64,000 bases of DNA from Marsupella aquatica. Taxonomy: Eukaryota; Plantae; Marchantiophyta. The translations under genes were made by a program, and so were the position numbers. A model generated the notes under the pieces. It searched no databases, had not been told where the DNA came from, and was given only the letters and a program-made list of their open reading frames with translations. Below are positions 59,860 through 64,000 of this stretch, piece by piece (within the stretch, counting starts at the first letter, position 1; each line of letters starts with the position of its first letter). The stretch lies in assembly GCA_973895155.1 (NCBI GenBank), contig OZ316894.1:15678699-15742698 (forward strand), in the 5' to 3' direction.

Positions 59860-61735
59860 CTACATAACCCCTCCTCGCAAGTGAGCGCCAAGCTCGCCAA
59901 ATTGATCATCAGGTTCCTCTGTATCAAAAGATAGTCTCACAGCATCTAGCTTGTTCTTCAAAATATCTATAGCATTTAAGAACATTTGAGCCGAGGTAAT
60001 GGCCCCAGTGGACTCCACAGTGAAGATAAAGCTGTCCTCTCTACTAATTATCTCTACCAAACCAGATTTCCCCATGGCTTCTGCCTTTTTCAGAATCTCT
60101 TCATCGTATGAATAAGCCTCTGCATCATGCACTACCACCTGCAAGGTTCCGAACATCAGCGAGACACGATTGAAGACACCATGTCGCTACATTTAAGGTG
60201 ACAACTTGGGCCTATAAGTACATTTTGACAAGTACGATCCCATGGAAAGCAACAACAAGGTATTATAAGAGATGATACTCTACTAGAGTTATAAGAGATG
60301 ATACTCTACTAGCCAGAAAAGATTTCCCCTACCTAATAACCATGCTTTAGAATGCCTTCATAAATATCATCTTTGCAGACTTACAGCAACCCCAGACGTT
60401 ACCTGTTGAGTTCTTTCATCAATGTCAAATACTTTTGTCGGACTGCTATCAACCCACTCCTTCTTTTCTTCCAAAGTGAGGGATTCCATAAGGGCTTCAT
60501 TGATGTGGATTTCAGGCTCGTATTGAAATGAAACAGTCGCAGCTGGAGACCACTTGGCATGATCTTTCCCAATTCCTTTTCTAGCTATGGCACGTAGTTT
60601 CAATTCTTGGCCTCGTCGTAGCTTCACTATTAGTATGCCCCTGCACATTTTAACATGTACAAAATAGAATCGTTTTCTTGTCATGTCAAACTATGTTTAC
60701 AGAGTTGAAGGCGGAAAAATTATTGATGGACATCAATAATGGCTAGACGAATCTACTTTTCGGAGAGAACATATCAGGTCCAAGAACTTGCCTGGCGTCT
60801 GGCGCCTCGAAACCGTTTATCTCAGATGCAAGATTGTTGTCGACAGGAACAACTGTTGGGTCAGATGAAATTAGGTCATGGCTGGTTACATCCAACGTCT
60901 GGTCTGATGTACATTTCACATTCAAGGTGAACTCCACCGAACAGTACATGCAGCTGCAAATTGACAGACAGCCGAGATTCTAAGATGTTACACGGACGAT
61001 ACAAACGGAGTTATATAAGCAGGAAGAGTTCTCTACCTTGTGCCGACCATACAATGGAGGTAACTTCAGCAATATCCACACCGAAACAAAATATCCTGGC
61101 ATAGAGGATGACACTAGCGGAACAAAATCTGACACTGCAGAACTTCGAGGAATGAAGGGTGCAATCGACTCTCTGAGCCCGAATCTGTTGGTCAAGGATG
61201 GGCATTGAAAGCTGGTCCCCTTGGGAATGCACAAGAAATTGATCTTAAAAATCCTCTCGAAACCTATATGAACAAAACCTTTCCCTGCTTAGAACAAAAG
61301 CTGTGCATCACAACTCTGTACGACAGCATGTCACCGCTGGACACTGGATATGTGACAAACAAAACTTCGATGCACAAACTCTTAGACAGACTTACTTCGT
61401 GAATAAATCATAAACCCTAAAGTCTGTGAAGAGTCCTACCTTCCGTCTCCATCACATGCGTCACAGTCACGGGACAGTCGCATCTCCATCGCCCTCTCAC
61501 TTCTTAGCGGAACTAGCCCCAGGCGATGGGACAAGAATTCGTCATTCAGAACGGATGAATTGGTCTCAATCTCAACCAGGTCGATAGCTAGAGTAGGCAC
61601 CTCTGCTATAATGATCCGTCGGAGTGCATTGGCAATACTCGGGTCAGTATCTCTTAGCTCGAATTTTACATAATCGTCTTTCAAATCTCTGATGCGCACT
61701 GTAGGAAAGCGAGTGTACGATGCCATCGAATCCAT
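59860..61735 (-). CDS. NRPB3: DNA-directed RNA polymerase II (IV/V) subunit 3, 4 exons
   Basis: Exons 61735-61440, 60953-60792, 60640-60403, 60138-59860. [86 protein letters not shown]. Intron 2 is GC-AG. Confidence 0.95.
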
Positions 61736-63014
61736 GGACACTGCTTTCGTCTGCTATCAAAACACCGCTTCAGAAAATTTCCAGAAAATCGAGAAGCCCT
61801 TCCTTCGCTAGAAAACTTCTTTTCTATTTCGCTCGGTCTGTAATCCACACCAAATAAAAAGAGGTCAAAACCGTGTACCCAGTGACCCCTGCCCGGCGAC
61901 CTCTGAAGAATACAATTAAATAATTATCCCGTCAATTCGTGACACTCCCCAATTCAACTGCTTGAAGCAATCGAACTGAGCAAAAGAAACAGCCAGCTGA
62001 AGTAATCTGGCAAAACCCTGGAAGTCTGAATAGCCCCCCTACGACAACAGCAGACATATTCGACCACAATTTGTTTGCTCTGTTTCTGATGTCGCCGACT
62101 CCACCATTATCGGACACTAATCACACGATCGTTCTCCAAAACACACTCTAGTGGCCGACAGCTTCGCCCGCCCTGATGAGCAAGAGACGATAAGGAGGAA
62201 TCGGCGCAACTAAAAACTCTTGAGAGGAGGGTGCGACAATGATAAAGCTGGCCTTGAGACACCAACAGCTGCTTCGTCGCAACACTGCCAATTCTCGGCT
62301 TCGTCCGTGTGCTCCACTTGCTACTGTCCTCCGAACCATTTTTTTCTAAAACCATCCCCGGCGCCTTTCTTTCCCTCTCACGTCTGACAGTCCCGGGGCC
62401 TCTCCCTATAGTTGAGTACTCGAAGGGCCGCCCGAGGGGCCGATGAAAGGTCTCCTACCTACCTAGTTTTCTCAGGCACGCCAATCGATCGCAGACAAGC
62501 ACACCGACTCACCCAACCCAGCTAAACGAGACTCGATTTACACGACGAACGGGTGACTAACGCGTCGCTATTTATTAGGGTGCTTAGTCTCTCTAACGCT
62601 GTATATTGCTCTAATTGATGTAAATTCAGTAAGATACCCTAATTGAATTTTTTTGTTTTGTTTTTGACATATCTAGACTGTCAAGTAAGGCAAAGAAATT
62701 CGGGAATTGGTTATCTTTTTAATATTTCATGATATTTAACAATGGTTTGAAGCTTTTTAAACACACAAGAGGTTCATCCATCCACAAGGGAGCTATAAGA
62801 ATTGGGTTGAGGGCCATCCTGACTTAAACTTCTGAGTTGAAAGGAATAAATAGAAAGAAACTAGCAATGACAATCCTTCAATGGAGTGCTTAGGTTAGGT
62901 GTATTGTTAAATAGAGATTTGAAGACAAGTATGACATAAATAACAAATCTCAAGAAGAGAAAGATCCCAGATTGAAGTTGGTCTGGACAATTAGCTTCAA
63001 TGATCATGAAAGTA

Positions 63015-63770
63015 CTAGCCCATGCCTGTGCGTTGCACGAAAGATGTTGAGGTGATAAAAGATGTTGAGGAGAGAAATGATGTTGAAGTGAGCAAAAGAT
63101 GTTGAGGTGATGAAAAATGTCAAGGAGAGAAAAGATGAGGTGAGCAAACGATTTCAAGGTGATAAATGATTTCGGGGTGAGAAAATATGTCAAAGAGATA
63201 AAAGATGTTGAGGAGAGAAATGATGTTGAAGTGAGCAAAAGATGTTGAGGTGATAAAAGATGTTGAGGAGAGAAGTTAATTGTCAAGGTGAGCAAAAAAT
63301 GTGAAGGTGATAAACACGTCCAGGCGAGAGAAGATGTTGACGTGAGGAAAAGATATTGAGGTGAAGAAAGCCAGGAAAAAGATGTCGATGAGTAAAAGAA
63401 GTCGAGGTGAGAAAAAATTGTCAAGGAGAGAAACTATGGTGAAGTGACAAAGAGTCGTAAAGATGAAGGAAAGATCTCAAGGAGAGAAAAAAACGTCAAG
63501 GGTGAGGAAAAGATCTGAAGGTGAGGAAAGTATGGCAAGATTAGAAAAACATAAGATGTTGAGACAAGGAAAAGATGTCAAGCCAAGTGAGAAAAGTTCT
63601 CAAGGAAACAAAAGATGTCAAGGGTAAGAAAAAATGTCGTGGTGAGATAAAGATGTGAATGTGAGAAAAATATATCAAAGCAAGATAAAGATGTTGAGAA
63701 GAAATAAAATTGTAAAGATTTAAAAAAGATGTCAAGGCAAGGCAAAAACAAAAATGCTTTGCGATGTAGT
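63015..63770 (-). mobile_element. 3' end of a second Helitron with a degenerate ~18-19-bp tandem array (5' extent unknown)
   Basis: On the minus strand: hairpin TCGTGCAACGCACAGG, then CATGGG-CTAG|T ending at 63015. The array AAGATGTTGAGGTGATAAA spans ~63040-63740. Confidence 0.75.
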
Positions 63771-64000
63771 GGTGAGGCATGTTATGTGTGATCTTGAATG
63801 ATTATATACACTTTTCACCGTAATTAGTGTTATGCAAGAATTAGTGTTAGTACAAAATTAGTGTTACTAACACTAATTTTGGTAGATTTGATTTTGAGTC
63901 CAAGTAACACTAATTTTTGTCGGTTTTCAATCATTTTTTCACTTTAGTTTAAATTGCTTGTAAAAAATGGATGATCTTTAGTCCAAAGTAACACTAATTG

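Noticed and set aside
60263-60312. 24-bp direct duplication in NRPB3 intron 3
   Set aside because: An ordinary local tandem duplication with no sign of function.

Overview
Eukaryotic plant DNA, probably a non-seed plant (inference from gene structure, TE families and a TTTAGGG insert). Positions ~1-51.3 kb form a four-level nest of transposons: a Helitron (RepHel, ~4.6-51.3 kb) is split by a Ty1/Copia element (6944-48870). The Copia is split by a ~11-kb Mutator-like element (MULE, 9354-45641). The MULE in turn carries a Ty3/Gypsy element (11852-27586), a 3.2-kb solo-LTR-like insertion and a LINE-1. After that come two intact convergent host genes (chorismate synthase, RNA polymerase subunit NRPB3) and the 3' end of a second Helitron. 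Two systems stand out. (1) Once its insertions are removed, the MULE encodes, besides its transposase, a spliced ~1124-aa protein with an N-terminal ParB/Srx-like domain and a C-terminal beta-class N4/N6 DNA-methyltransferase-like domain. Its non-coding parts hold ~17 copies of a 15-bp palindrome, TAGCGYYNRRCGCTA. This is a candidate ParB/parS-like or VANC-like self-recognition (anti-silencing) module. (2) The Gypsy element has ~4.75-kb LTRs that each contain a ~1250-codon gene (PMD-like domain, coiled coil, NLS), and a candidate -1 frameshift signal between protease and RT. All domain calls are by eye from motifs; no searches were run.
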